DNA of 63,084 nt, filler included, from Conidiobolus incongruus B7586 (GCA_000697335.1; 12 parts of 12 records of this genome joined end to end with filler, not necessarily neighbours in it), one strand, 5' to 3'. Shown: positions 40,451 through 54,279, numbered from the whole stretch's first letter. The notes: generated by a model from the letters alone, not told the origin. Numbers and translations: made by a program.

Positions 40451-42020
40451 CACTAACCAACAAAAGTAAGTTATAAAATCAAAAATATATATATTTTAAT
40501 TAATAACTAAAACAATTGTATATATTAAATTACTTGAAACTATAATATATAATTAAGGTATATTATTTAATAATAATTAAATATATTTAGATATATTTAG
40601 TAAACTATTAGCAAAAATATTAACCCTTAATATTTAACCAAGGTAAATCATAAATTTGTAGGTTTTTGAGATAAAGGGATATATTTAACAATATATAATC
40701 ATATCTTTTTTCTGTCTCTGTTATTATTTTATATAATATTTTATTGATATATTAAATTTTTTTTATTAGTATCATTATACCTAAATCCCTCTTTAAAAAA
40801 ATCTATTTATAGATTAATTAATTTTATAAAGAAGGTAAATTAACTTGTAATATTGCTAGAATTACTAGTGTTAGCTAGTTTACTATAGTTAAAGCTATTA
40901 AAAATAATAATAAAGAAACATTTAAGCTTAAACTTAAATGTGTTAAGATTATAAATAAATATGATAAAAAGTATATCTATAGGTTAGTTAATACAAGCAA
41001 GTATAGTATTATTGTAAAAATATAACAGAAACTATAAAACTATATAAGAATATTAATTAACACTAATACTATTATATATACTTTACATTAACATAGATAT
41101 CACTTACATTTTAAGAAAAAACATTCCCAAATAAAAAAATCTTATTATAAAGTTAGGTAAGAGTTTAAATATCACTACTAATATTAAACTAAAATTAATT
41201 AGAGTAAAGTTATTTAATTTAATGAAATAAAAATATATTTTAATAAATTTGATAAAAAAGTTAAATGCTTTAAAAAAATATAAAACTAATTTATAACTAT
41301 TATATTAATTTTACCTAAAAGTATAATAGTAGGTTAATTATTGTTTGGGTATATATATTGTTTTTAGATATAAGGTATCTTTGTAAAGTTAATAAAGGAA
41401 TTGATATTAAGATATATTAGAGTATTTTGAAAAATAAATTAAAAAAAAACTATTGAATAATATAGGTTAAATAAATCTAATATTATTTTCTAGTAAAATA
41501 ATACCTTTTGTTATATTATAGTTTTTAATACCAAATAGCTTAAAAATAACAAGATAATAGTTATAAAGTAGCTTTTTTAATCTCCTAACTTTAATCTAAT
41601 TAAACACCTTTAGGATTAGTTAAAAAAAGTTATTAAAGGTTTCCACCTAGTAAAAAATTTAGATTAACTTTAGGAATATATTTAAAAAGTATAGAATAAG
41701 ATTAATTTTTTTTAGTGTAAAAAGTTAGTTAATTCTATACCCTATAAACTTAAAGAAATTAAAAAAGCTAAAGGTAGATATACTAGGTTTTAATTTTTTT
41801 TATTACCAAAAACCTAAAAATTTATAATTCACCTTAGGTAAAATTTAAGGGTTTATATTTTAACCAATTAATAGCTAAAATTATCATTTAATGATATATA
41901 TAATTAATAAATATAATGTATTTTAATTATTTAATTTAAGTTTTGTTATTAAATATTAATTAAGTTATTAATAAAAAAATAAGTGTTTTTGATTTTATAA
42001 CTTATTTTTACAAGTTAGTG
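40451..42020 (+). mobile_element. Tc1 family B full-length decayed copy
   Basis: TA-CACTAACCAACAAAAGTAAGTTATAAAATCAAAAA ... TTTTTGATTTTATAACTTATTTTTACAAGTTAGTG-TA; 1570 bp; reverse complement of 60965-62536. Confidence 0.92.
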
Positions 42021-42121
42021 TATATTATCTAATTAAATATTTTAACATAAATTAATATATTTTATATATGGATTTATTTTCAAAAACAAAAATATATATT
42101 ATAGATATCAACTCTTATATA

Positions 42122-43558
42122 TATTAGCTTGCAAAAATAAGTTATAAAATTAAAATTACTTATATATTTACCTATTTCTTAAATAATTCTTAATTAAATA
42201 AATTTAAATTAAAATATATAGTTTACCTATATTAGTTAATTATTATAAACTATATTTGATTATATTTTATTAACTATTAGTTAATATATCAAAACCTAAA
42301 ATTTAATTAAGATAAGTTATAAATTTACAGGTATTTAAATTAAAAGGATATAAATAAAAAAACTTATATATATATTTTTTTAATATATTATATATATTAT
42401 AAAAACTATTAAGTTAATATTTTAAAACTAATATTATAATACCTAAATCTCTCTTTAAAAAGGTTTACTTATATATTAATCAACTTTATAATAAAAATAA
42501 ATTAATTTATAAGATTATTAGAATTATTAATATTAGCTAATCTATTATAGCTAAAGTTATTAAGAACAATGTTAAAAAACACTTAAACCAAAACTTAAGT
42601 ATGTTAAAATTATATATAAATATGATAAAAAGTATATTTATAGATTAGTTAATATAAGTAAGTATAATATTACTATAGAAGTATAACAAGGATTATAAAA
42701 CTATATAAGAATATTAGTTAATATTAATACTATTATATATATTTTATATTAGAATAGATATCATTTATATTTTAAGAAAAAACACCCTTAACTAAAAAAG
42801 TCTTATTATAAAACTAAGTGGGAGTTTAAATATCAATGCTAAAGTTAAACTAAAATTAATTAAAATAAAGTTATTTAGTTTAATAAAACAAAGTTATATT
42901 TTAATAGATTTAATAAAAGAGCTAGATATTTCAATAAAGATAAAAAGTTATTTTATAACCATTATGTTATTATAACCCAAAAATATAATAATAGGTTAAT
43001 TATAATTTAAGGATATATATTATCTTCAGGTATAAGTTATTTTTATAAGATTTATAAGGGAATTAATATTAAGATATACTAAAGTATTCTAAACAATGAA
43101 TTAAAAAAATTATTCAGTTATATAGGTTCAATAAATCAAATATTATTTTCCAACAAGATAATACCCCTTGTTATATTATAAATTTTATTATAAAATAGCT
43201 TAAAAATAACAAAATAACTATTATAAAATAACCTCCTTAATTCCTAAATCTTAACCTAATTGAATATCTTTAGAATCAACTAAAAAAGTCAATTAAAGTT
43301 TTCCTCCCAGTAAGAAATTTAGATTAATTTTAAGAATATATTTAAAAAACTTAAAATAATATTAGTTTTGCTTAATATTAGAGGCTAGTTGACTCTATAC
43401 CCTATGAACTTAAAATAGTTAGAAAAACAAAAGATAGATATACTAAATATTAATTTTTCTATTAATATTAAAACTTGCAAATTTATAACTTAAATATATT
43501 ATTAATTTTAATATATCAATTAATAATTAATTAAATCTAACTTTATATATTATATTAT
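42122..43558 (+). mobile_element. Tc1 family B-related subfamily copy, decayed
   Basis: TIR-like TATTAGCTTGCAAAAATAAGTTATAAAAT; transposase remnant includes FQQDN (TTCCAACAAGATAAT); UTRs diverge from family B. Confidence 0.82.
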
Positions 43559-43562
43559 ATTA

Positions 43563-43625
43563 TCTTAAATTTAAAAAAATGGGAAATTTTTTAATTTCTA
43601 ATTTTTCAAATATATTATTAGTTTG
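43563..43625 (+). mobile_element. Mariner family A terminus running into a gap
   Basis: TA plus TCTTAAATTTAAAAAAATGGGAAATTTTTTAATTTCTAATTTTTCAAA, the inverse of the family A end. Confidence 0.75.
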
Positions 43626-45118
43626 NNNNNNNNNNNNNNNNNNNNNNNNNNNNNNNNNNNNNNNNNNNNTTAATTAATTAANNNNNNNNNNNNNNNNNNN
43701 NNNNNNNNNNNNNNNNNNNNNNNNNATATTAAATATAAACTTTTATTTATTAATGTAATTATTAATTAAAATATAAAATAATTATGTTTTTAATTTTTTA
43801 ATTAATTTTAAATTATCCTTTAATAAGAAATAAAGATTTTGTTAGTTTTTTCATATAGGCATATAAGTAATATTTGGAATATTTCTTTATTTTATTTATA
43901 TTTCTTTGGTTAGTTGTAGATTTAAGATCATATTAACAAAGCTTTTAATATTAAATATTCCAGTTTTAATTTGATTAAACTAGTATCAATATTATAATTT
44001 GGAAGAATTTTGCAACTAGTTACTAATTGGAGATTTTTATGAATAGTTGATATAGAACATTTTACTTGGTATAGTGTTTTATTAAATGCTTTTTATTTAA
44101 CTTGGATAATATTTTAAAATTATGTAATTCCAGTCATTTTGTTTTTTATTGAAATTCTCCTAATAGGTTATGGAACATTTATTATAAATATAATGAATTA
44201 TTAAATTACTTATTATCATTTAAAAAATTACTAAAATAATAAAATAATTGTTTCATAAAATAATTTCTGTTTTAAGAATAGAAAATTACTTTTTGAACCA
44301 CTCAATATCTTTATTGAATGAAAATTTTTAAATATTATAAGTTGGAAATCATAAAAAGTTTCATTGTATATTAAATACTATATTAAATCACGATCAGGCA
44401 ATAATATAATAATTTTATTATTATATGGTTTAATTTTGGTTCAATAGAATAATGAAATAATATATATACTAATTAAGAGATATTTATCCAAATTTAGCTT
44501 TCAACAAAAATCGCTAAACAATTTGAGGTTTAACACAAAATAAATGTGAAAATTTTTTCAAAAATTTAATCAATGAAATGAATTAACATGTATGATATGA
44601 TATTTAAAATAGAATAAGATATTATAGCTCATATTTATGTGATTTAATTCAAAATATTATATCACAATAGTTAATAAAATATTATTATCAATCTTGTATA
44701 AAATAAAAATTTCACTTATCCGTTAGGAGAGATAAAAATAATTGAAATTGAGTTCAACTTCAAAAATATTGATTGTTTATCATTGTTGTGAGTTTGGTGA
44801 GATCAAATAATATTGAAATATAATTGTAATTAGGATCTATTAAAAAGGTAATTTAGTGATAATATACTAAAGATAGATATGATGAAGTTGAAATATACTT
44901 TTTTGAAATTTTATTTTAAAATCTTCAATACCATTCTACTTGAAATAAAATTGCTATCATGTTAATTTATGATTCGTTAACCTAATATAGTAATTATAGG
45001 GTCATTATTCTAAATATGGAATCATTAATTCAAAATTAGATAATATCCCATAATAGATAATGGTACTTTCAAATTGGAATGAGGTATAAATTATCCAAAA
45101 ATTCTAACTTTGAACCTT

Positions 45119-45305
45119 ATCCTCTCTTGCCTTTTGGCTAAGATCAAGTGTAGTATCTGTTCTTTTCAGAATAATTTCTGAAATGAGTCCTACGGGACTC
45201 GGAAATTATTTTTATTTTTGTCCCTCGGAGGGAGCGCCTCTGCTTGCATGCTCTCCTTCCACAGGTGTCCCTAGTATTGCAGTACCTCTAGGTGACGCCG
45301 AGCCA
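45119..45305 (+). ncRNA. U2: U2 spliceosomal snRNA
   Basis: GCCTTTTGGCTAAGATCAAGTGTAGTATCTGTTCTT (stem I and branch-point recognition), stem IIa TCAGA/TCTGA, stem IIb GAGTCC-TACG-GGACTC, Sm site ATTTTTG, stem IV loop ATTGCAGTAC. Confidence 0.97.
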
Positions 45306-45629
45306 TTTTATTATTTTCAAAACCCTTTGATACTTTCTAATTCTTGAATAGTATCTTTAAAAAAGCTCTTCTAATTATGACATTTTTATCTACTTTTTCT
45401 CCCCTAATTTGTTATTTGAGATCTTTTATTCGCTGAGATTTTATTTATTTTAACATAATCCCATAATTTGAGAAAAGAAATCAAGTTAACAAATATTTAT
45501 CAATTTCATAAATCTAATTCTACTTATCATTTCTAAGGACAGAAGATATATTCGTCTTAAAGTCTAATAAATTCTTATTCTCCCCAAAAAATGTAATTCT
45601 TTGACACAACAATCTTATTACTTAAAATA

Positions 45630-46019
45630 ATGAGTATCCAAGTTTATTTTACATATAAACCTCATAAAGACAAGTTTACTCTTCTTAGAATACCAGGTGC
45701 TAGATTTCACTATATTAATATGTTAAATTCTACAGATGAGGAGATAATCGATTTCAATGATTATATTGATGAAGATAGAGGTCCTGTTAATAAGGATGTA
45801 TTATTCATTATTGATAAGATGTATTTGGAAGATCACAAAATTAAAGTAATTCATGTGGTTAAATCACCAGAATATCACATTGTTTTTTGAACATATCAAG
45901 AATGTGCTTTTACAATCAGTTTTAATTTAGAAACTAGTAGTTTAACCTTTGAAGAGGCAATTGAATCCCTTTATATTGCTGAAGACACTATTCTTATATC
46001 ATTTCATTTAATCAGCTAA
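45630..46019 (+). pseudogene. Orphan 130-codon reading frame with one internal TGA
   Basis: The 86-aa ORF continues in frame for 42 sense codons past the TGA at 45888-45890; no recognisable motif. Confidence 0.3.
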
Positions 46020-46857
46020 ATGTATTTACTCTTTTGCGAGAAGCTTTAGATTGAGTGAAGCCACTGTCACAACTCTTTTATTTTCAGTCTTTTTATGTCT
46101 CTCTTTTTCTCCCACATGCTATTGTAGTTAAAAATGTAATTCTTTTTGAGGAAGGAAGATATAGCAGACTTATAGTCTAATAAAATTTTTTTCTTCCTAA
46201 AATTTTAATTCTAAAAAGAGACAGAGGTTTTATTGAAAACTAATATATAATAAACACAGACAAATAAAAGCAACAAAACAAACATAAAAACTAACTTAAG
46301 GGGCATTAACTCCCCTAACAATATAATTCCAACAGATTAAAAATTATACCTCAATATTGTATTAATCAATAATACTAATACCCCTAGAAGAACCATTATA
46401 AACTCAATTGCTTTTGATGTATCAAATATATTTTTTACCAGTAATAAATTTAATTACACTGATCAAACAAAATTACCAATTTCAAGTCAAGAGCTAATTC
46501 TTATGTTTTAAAATTATCAAAAAATTAAAGACATAAGTTGAGTTTTTAGATTTATTAATAAAATTATAAACTTGTTTGGTACATTAGAAAAAAAAAGATT
46601 TTACTTTAAATGAAGAATATAAAGTTAATAAAATCAAACATTATTTTAGAAATATTTTATTTTAACACTTATAGTTAGAATTAAATTAAGCCACTTACCT
46701 AGTAATATAATCTATATAAAAAAGGGTTAGTAATGGAAAATCAATTAAAATCATTATTTTCAAAATATAAAAAATTACACTTAATTAAACTTTATTTAAT
46801 AACTTTAAATTCCTTAGCTTTTACTTAATAAAATTATTAGTATTACTTATAATATTA

Positions 46858-48163
46858 CTCTATATTTTTAATAATGGGAATTTTTTGCAATTAAAAATAA
46901 ATAAACATTTGAATATATGATATATAAAAATAAATATATAATATAAATTTAATAGTTTCTTTTATTATTAATAACTTTTTGCTATACTTTTAACAAACTT
47001 CTAACACCTAAAAAATAGTTCTTTTTATTAAAAACTGAAATTTAATGTTTTATAAACCAATTAAATTTTCCTGCAGAAATTTTCTTTCTTGTAAGCTAGT
47101 TTTTTAATTGCCTAAAGTAATTATAATTACATAGGTTATAATCAAAAAAATATACTAGATGTGGTAGTTTTTTCTAGTTATTTTTAATCAGAAAGTTTTT
47201 TATAGCTTTAAATTTATGTATTTTACAATTATCATGTAAAATAATAGGTTTTTTTAAATTATATTAAGAACACTAATTAAAAATACTTTTATTTAAAAAA
47301 GTAATATATAGTTTATTATTAATTAATTTTCCTTTAGGAACTAAATAAGAATAGTATATAATATTATAATCTATTATAATAATTAACATTTGTTTATTAA
47401 CAAAATGTTTATTTAAAGGGATTTATAAAAAGGGTTGATTTAACTTAATCTAGCATTTTAATTTGTGGTTTAATAAAGGATTATATATAAAAATTTAAGA
47501 TTCATTAATTATAATTATTTGTTGTAAAAGTTTAGGCTTCTAGTAATATTTTAATAGGTTTTATTTAGTAATAGTTACTCTAACTTTTTTTTAAGCTTTA
47601 ATTAAATTATAAAGTACCTATTTTATATTTTTATTTATTAATTTTAGTTTAAACTTTAAAATATATAAAATACTTATAAAACTAATATTATAGTGCTTAG
47701 ATAATTCTCTAGCTAAAATAAAAAAGTATTTTTTAATATATTTTTTCACTCTATTTACAATTAAAAAAATAATAATTAAAGTTGGTTTTTTAGATTTTAA
47801 TAGGTTTTAAATAGTTTTTCTTTTAGCTTTAAAGTAATTTACCTAGTAATAAATTGTTAATTTAGATAATACTTTATTACCAAAAGCTGCCTGTAAATTT
47901 TAAATAATTTTAGAGGGTTTATGGTTAAATTTTACTAATACCAAAATAAAAAACTTTTGATGATTACTATTTAGTTTAAGCATAATTAAATTAAACAACC
48001 AATTTTAAAAAATTAATTTTTTAATTAAAAAAACTAATATATATATATATATATTAAAAATATATAATTTCCTATTTACTTTATATATATTTATTTATTT
48101 CAAACTTATAATATGTTTGAAAAATTGGAAATTAAAAAATTTCCTATTATTTCAAATTTAAGG
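46858..48163 (-). mobile_element. Mariner family A full-length decayed copy
   Basis: TA-flanked imperfect TIRs (…AATAATGGGAATTTTT / AAAAATTTCCTATTATT…); ~1.3 kb; colinear with 56055-57355. Confidence 0.9.
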
Positions 48164-50436
48164 TAATAATTATATAATTAACATTCTTAATATTATCCTA
48201 AAAAATATAATTGGAGATTAACTAGTGTGAATAAATCTTGATAACCATCTTAAATAATATATTAAATATAAAGGAATAGATTATATTTATAATCATTTTA
48301 AAAAAAATTCATGATGACTATAAAAGTATTAATTTAAAAACCAAATATAAAAAATAAATATAACTAAATAGTTTAAAATGATAAACTCTAAAATAAGTGA
48401 ATTAATTATAATTAAAAAATTCTTCAAAACCAAAACTTTAGAAAACCGAAATAACTTTATAACTCAAGTTAAAATAGATTTAATCAAATTTATATTTTTA
48501 ATTAACTTTTGAAATTTTATCAATAATTATATTACATTAAAATATTTACATAAATAATCTTAAGTATCATTTATCATTTGTAATTTTTGATTTACTATAT
48601 TTAACAAATTATAACTTAAGAAAATATAAACTATTTTAGTGAAATAATACTTGAAATATATTGAATTAATAAAAAAATATTAATATTAAAATGATTTATT
48701 ATATATTTTTATAAGTAAATTATAAAATATTGAATAATATTTTTGTTAATTAAAATAAGAATAAAATTAATAATTTAAAATTTCAAAAACTTTATATTCT
48801 TTAAATATTCCTTATTAATAATTTTAGGCTTTAAATAAAAAGACTTTATTGAAATTAAAAATAAATAAATATTTTAATATATAATTATCAAAATAATATA
48901 TATTAAAAATNNNNNNNNNNNNNNNNNNNNNNNNNNNNNNNNNNNNNNNNNNNNTTAATTAATTAANNNNNNNNNNNNNNNNNNNNNNNNNNNNNNNNNN
49001 NNNNNNNNNNATATAAAATATTGATATTTTGAATAATTTCCCTTATAAATAAAAAATTATCATTATTAAATATATAAAATAATAATAAATTCCTTTTATT
49101 TTTTTATAAAATTTTTAAATTCTTCAAAATATTATATTTATCTTAGATAAAAATAAAAATTTCAATATATTGAATATTTCAAAATTAACTTTACACCTAT
49201 ATTCTTTATAAATTATATTTTTAGACTCTTTAAAATATAAAAATGTCAATTTGAATTTTATCTTTTTAAAATTAATATATTTATAATAGAATAGAATTAA
49301 ATGATTGTCTTTTTTGTATTAAAGTGAAGTTGATTTTAAGGGGATCGCTATCTATTAATTCAAAACAGATTGAAGATTTGGTTATTCTAATACTATAAAT
49401 TATGATATTATAGCCTATTAATGAATTCAATAAATCATTGATCATTCATCTTATAAGGACTTCAAACATAAACCACTTCCAAATTTTCAATCACAGTTTG
49501 CACTTCAATTTTATTCCAATGATTTAATAATAGGATAAACTTCAAATTAGAATTTTATTGTAATTAAAATTTAAAAATATTATTTTATCCATAATATATA
49601 ATTTCGAGAAATTAAATTGGGTGACTTGGAAAATATAGGTTGAAATATATGCGTGTGTGTGTATAAATTTGGCAACAATTCAACTTTTCCAAAAATGTTA
49701 ATAACAAATTCAGTCCTTTTCTACTAAAAATTTGAATCCCAACAAAATTTCAGCATTTAATATATTCCTGCATTTGATAGTTTATGGATAGATAAAAATA
49801 ATTTTAACCAAAATTCAAGTTGTATTAATAATATTTATATTAAATTTAATGAATGGGGTAAAAATTATTAATAATATAAATAAATAGATAAATTATAAAA
49901 TTTTGATAGTATCCTTACAATATATAAATCAGTGTTTGTTAAAATGACTATAACTTTATTAAGTTTTTAATATATGTTTTTCCATCAATCCTTTGGAATA
50001 ATGGCTCTAATTAATGCCATTATATTGTCCAAACTTTCGATTTCATAACAAAATATTTTTTTCTCAGTTTGAATTAGAAATTGAAATGTTTTCAATTCTC
50101 AATTCTCAATTGGATTAATTAAAAATTAACCAATGAAAATAAAAATTCGAAATCTATTTCAAAATTGTACAATAAAAATTTGGCTGAAAGATTATTTAAT
50201 CATCCCTTTGTATTTAAGTAATTAAATTTGCATTTTCATTAACCCAATAGTATAAATACCCCTTTTAAGGAACAACATAAAATTAAGGATTAATTAACTA
50301 AAAGTACTTGTGTTTTGTTGTTTTCATCTAGTATTTTAGTGATTTAGCTTCTAAATTAATCTATATTATATATTGGATTAGATATATAAATATTGATTAG
50401 TTCATTGAAGTAGTGTTTGTTTAATTAAAAATACAA

Positions 50437-51597
50437 ATGAAGTTTGATATTAAGAGATCAAATTTGATATCTAATATTGATAACAAAATCAATACAAGTG
50501 ATACTTCTTGGAAAGAAGAAATTGAATATGAGTTAAATTTGATAAAAGAACTATTGGTCAAGGAAGACAAATGCCAAGTCGATATTAATACAAATATCTT
50601 CTATCAGTTATATGGATCTGGTAATACAAAGTTGATCTTTATTATGGGATTATGCGGAACTCATCATTTATGGCTACGTCAAGCACTGTATTTTGCTCAA
50701 CTTGGCACTTACCAAGTATGTGTGTTTGACAATCGGGGAATTGGAATGAGTGACAAACCTCTGGGAAAATATTCAATTACGCGGCTGAGTAAAGATACTC
50801 TTAAACTGTTAGATCATTTAGGTTGGAATGAAAATGTCCATCTGGTAGGTATGAGTATGGGAGGTATGATTGCCCAAAAGTTATGTCTCATGAGGCCATC
50901 GAACTTTGCATCATTAACTCTAACGAGCACTTATCATAGTGCACTCACAGCAATCCCAACGATACAAGACGCCCAATTCTTCATGCAGATGATCACACGA
51001 TCGCCAAACAGTTGGCACGAGCCTCTAATCCGTCTCACATTTCCTAAGCGTTGGCGATCTCAGGAACATCGCCCCGGACTTTTGAGAAGTGATTACTTAC
51101 TAAACTTATTCAACTATTTTCAAAATGTCATGCCAGTGCAAAACTTTGCAACGCTCTATTTACAGACTTTGGCAGCTGTGAACCACAATTTGCTACCGAC
51201 ACAGTTGAAAAAAATTCAGAAGAATGGCATTCGATGTTTGGTGGTTCATGGAACCAAGGACCGCGTCATAAGGATGAAAAATGGCGTGGAACTTAGCCAC
51301 CTACTAAAGTGCCCTTTCGTCGAGATTCAAGGCGGAGGTCATGCGGTCATAATCCAAGATCCCGACACCTACAACGGTCTACTTCGAGCCCATTTGGAAC
51401 ACGTCGAACTTAACACCTACTTGGGCAATACCCCCATCATCAAAAACGAAACTGATCACTGGGTAGTCATGGATAATCAATCCAACCGTCTTGCGAAAAC
51501 CAAAACCCGATTTTCATTTCAAGCTCCCACATCTTTCATATTACCACAAATCATCCAAACTTGCAAAAATGCAGCAGATATTATCACAAAAATCTAG
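50437..51597 (+). CDS. Alpha/beta hydrolase (Abhydrolase_1-type)
   Basis: FDNRGIGMSD, nucleophile elbow GMSMGG, acid HGTKD, His GGGH. Confidence 0.93.
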   Translation: MKFDIKRSNLISNIDNKINTSDTSWKEEIEYELNLIKELLVKEDKCQVDINTNIFYQLYGSGNTKLIFIMGLCGTHHLWLRQALYFAQLGTYQVCVFDNRGIGMSDKPLGKYSITRLSKDTLKLLDHLGWNENVHLVGMSMGGMIAQKLCLMRPSNFASLTLTSTYHSALTAIPTIQDAQFFMQMITRSPNSWHEPLIRLTFPKRWRSQEHRPGLLRSDYLLNLFNYFQNVMPVQNFATLYLQTLAAVNHNLLPTQLKKIQKNGIRCLVVHGTKDRVIRMKNGVELSHLLKCPFVEIQGGGHAVIIQDPDTYNGLLRAHLEHVELNTYLGNTPIIKNETDHWVVMDNQSNRLAKTKTRFSFQAPTSFILPQIIQTCKNAADIITKI

Positions 51598-51786
51598 ATT
51601 TAATTAATTTTCAATCAAAATATCACTTATTTAACTTGACATAATAATTACAATTTTAAAAAAAAAACTAAAATTTTAAGTTAGCTTTTATATAAGAGAA
51701 TATATATATATATTAAATAAAATAAAATAAAAATTAAATAATCTAAAATTTATTTTAATTAATTCTTATTTACAAATTTAAAATAA

Positions 51787-53022
51787 TTATTTTCTAACTA
51801 TTAAAAAACTCATAGTTTTGGATTTTTGAGCTCTTGATTCGGGATCCTTATTACTCAGATCTGTGCTATCATCCTTGTGTGAAATCCAGTGTGGTAGGGT
51901 AAAACTTCGAGATCGCTTGAGACTCAAATCCTTCTTGGGCTTGGTATCGGATGCTAAACTGTGCTGATCCCTCAATAAATAGTGGTTGGATTGTTTTTCT
52001 TCTAAGGGTCTGTTGAGATAGCTTTCGAGGTTAACATTTTCGAAGTGGGATCGTAAGATTGCATTGTAGTTGTCGGGATCTTGCACCATGAGAACGTGAC
52101 CGCCATTCTCAAATTCAATCAGATTGCAGTGGAGGAGCTTGTTTAAGTCTTTGCCGCATCGAAATCGGATGATGTGATCGCGATTTCCGTGGACCACTAG
52201 ACATCGAATGCCCGAAGCTCTGATTTTTTTGAGCTGCCTCGGTATGAAATTGTGATTGATCGCTGCTAATCCCTGAAGATATATCGTTGTTGAATTCTGT
52301 TGGGGTAATTGGGTGTACCAGCTCATCATCAGGTACTTCAGATAGTCCGAGCGTAGCATCATGTCATCTTGCATCTGATTGCGATAGCATTTGGGGAATG
52401 AAACGGATATGAGCGGTTTGATCCATTGGTCCAAGGGTTTCGTGAGCATGTGAATCACGAATATGATATCTTTTGCGGTGGGCATTGCAGCTATAGCACT
52501 ATGGCATGTGCTCGTTAGAGTGAGCGACTCGAAACGTGCAGGGTAGTCCAAGCAGAGTTTTTGAGCGATCATTCCACCCATACTCATCCCCACCAAATGC
52601 GTGCCTGTGGACCATCCCAAATGGTCTAGCAATTTGGCAGCATCTTTTGCAAACAATGAGATAGAGTAGTGACCAATGGGTTTGTCACTCGCTCCGATAC
52701 CCCGATTATCAAAGATACATACTTGATAATCTGGATTGAGAGCGAAGTAAACAGCTTGATGTAGCCACAAATGGTGGGTACAATTCAACCCAATAATGAA
52801 CAAGACTTTCTTAGGGCCTTTTCCATATAACTGATAGAACAAATTGACATTTTTATCAACCTTACAGTATCCCTCCTCAAATTTGAGCGTTTCTACCAAC
52901 ATTTTTTGATGCTGAACCAATTTTAAAAAGATTTCCGGAGGGTCTTTCACAGTGGCGGCCATGGACTTTTTAACGGCAGGGTTTTTTTTTATATTATTTT
53001 TAGGGTTACTAATTCGTAGCAT
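51787..53022 (-). CDS. Alpha/beta hydrolase, paralog of 50437-51597
   Basis: FDNRGIGASD, GMSMGG, HGNRD, NGGH; colinear with its neighbour. Confidence 0.93.
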   Translation of the reverse strand: MLRISNPKNNIKKNPAVKKSMAATVKDPPEIFLKLVQHQKMLVETLKFEEGYCKVDKNVNLFYQLYGKGPKKVLFIIGLNCTHHLWLHQAVYFALNPDYQVCIFDNRGIGASDKPIGHYSISLFAKDAAKLLDHLGWSTGTHLVGMSMGGMIAQKLCLDYPARFESLTLTSTCHSAIAAMPTAKDIIFVIHMLTKPLDQWIKPLISVSFPKCYRNQMQDDMMLRSDYLKYLMMSWYTQLPQQNSTTIYLQGLAAINHNFIPRQLKKIRASGIRCLVVHGNRDHIIRFRCGKDLNKLLHCNLIEFENGGHVLMVQDPDNYNAILRSHFENVNLESYLNRPLEEKQSNHYLLRDQHSLASDTKPKKDLSLKRSRSFTLPHWISHKDDSTDLSNKDPESRAQKSKTMSFLIVRK

Positions 53023-54016
53023 TATGTATATTAATTAAATGATATATTTAAGGATAATATCTATTGCCAGCACTAAGTTATTTATATTGTGATGAATGGA
53101 GTGAAAAGATATGCAATTTAATTTAAATTTGTAGAATTTTTAGAAATTAAAAAAATTTTTTAAGAAAAATTTTATAATTTAAATAAGTGATTTAATTCAC
53201 AGTTAAATTTAAATTATATAGGTTTGATTATCCAAAAATTTAAACATTCTATACCTTCTACAATAACAGTAATAAATTATAGTGATGAAGGGTATTTATA
53301 TACGGATCCATAGTACAACACCAAGTGTTGCTTTATTAATTATTGCTACATTTTCTGACATTTATTACCAATGAAATCATTATAATATATAAAATTTCTC
53401 ACAATGTGAAATTTGTTATTATTTTGTAAATATTTATATGTTTTAATAATTACTCAAAATATTTTTTTTAATTTGATAAATAACTATAAAAACTATTGGA
53501 TAAAAGGTATAGTTGTTTTAATTGATTGGTCAAAATTTAAAATTGATAAAATTTTTTTTTAATTTTTGAAATTAAAAATGATATTGAAATTTACTCTATT
53601 ATTTTTTAATATGAATCTCTCTTCCAAATTATTAATATAAATTTTAAATTTATCCCAATAAAATTGGTTTTAACAACCGGATAAACTTATAATCCTTAAT
53701 TTTACAAATCATTTATTATTATTTGAAAATAATAACAATATTTAATGAAATTTCGGGAAAATATGGTATTGAGTTATAGGGATTTCGGGTAATAATAGGT
53801 GAGATCAAATTGATAATTATCAAGGGCTTAACAATGGTAAAGTATTAGTTAACGTAAGTAATTATTAAAAAAAATAAATGTGGTGTAATAAAATAGAAAG
53901 GGAAAAAATATTGATAGAAAAAGAAATTGAATAAATAAAGAGAAAGAAAGAATATGAATATCTGAATTAAATATTTGAATGATTTAATTTTATCAACCTT
54001 CAAAATTTATTATTAA

Positions 54017-54090
54017 GCTCCCATAGCTCAGTTGGTTAGAGCGTGGTGCTAATAACGCCAAGGTCACAGGTTCGATCCCTGTTGGGAGGA
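54017..54090 (+). tRNA. tRNA-Ile (anticodon AAT)
   Basis: Cloverleaf GCTCCCA / GCTC-GAGC / TGGTG-CTAATAA-CGCCA / ACAGG-TTCGATC-CCTGT / TGGGAGG-A; poly-T Pol III terminator ~16 nt downstream; G1.G72 mismatch. Confidence 0.93.
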
Positions 54091-54279
54091 TTCTAGAGAG
54101 TTTAATTTTTTTTTTCAAATATTTTTTTAATCTATACATTTTTATATAATATATTAACTTTCACGTTCGTTTTTATACCTATATCGATTTTTTCAACAAT
54201 TTCAATATATACTTATCAAATTTCATATTTAATGAAATATTGAATAAATTATTTTATTATTTATTAATTATAATATATC

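Noticed and set aside
14245..53022. ABC + MFS + decarboxylase + hydrolases as a biosynthetic gene cluster
   Set aside because: The genes are spread over ~39 kb, separated by gaps and TE blocks, with no core synthase or co-regulation evidence.
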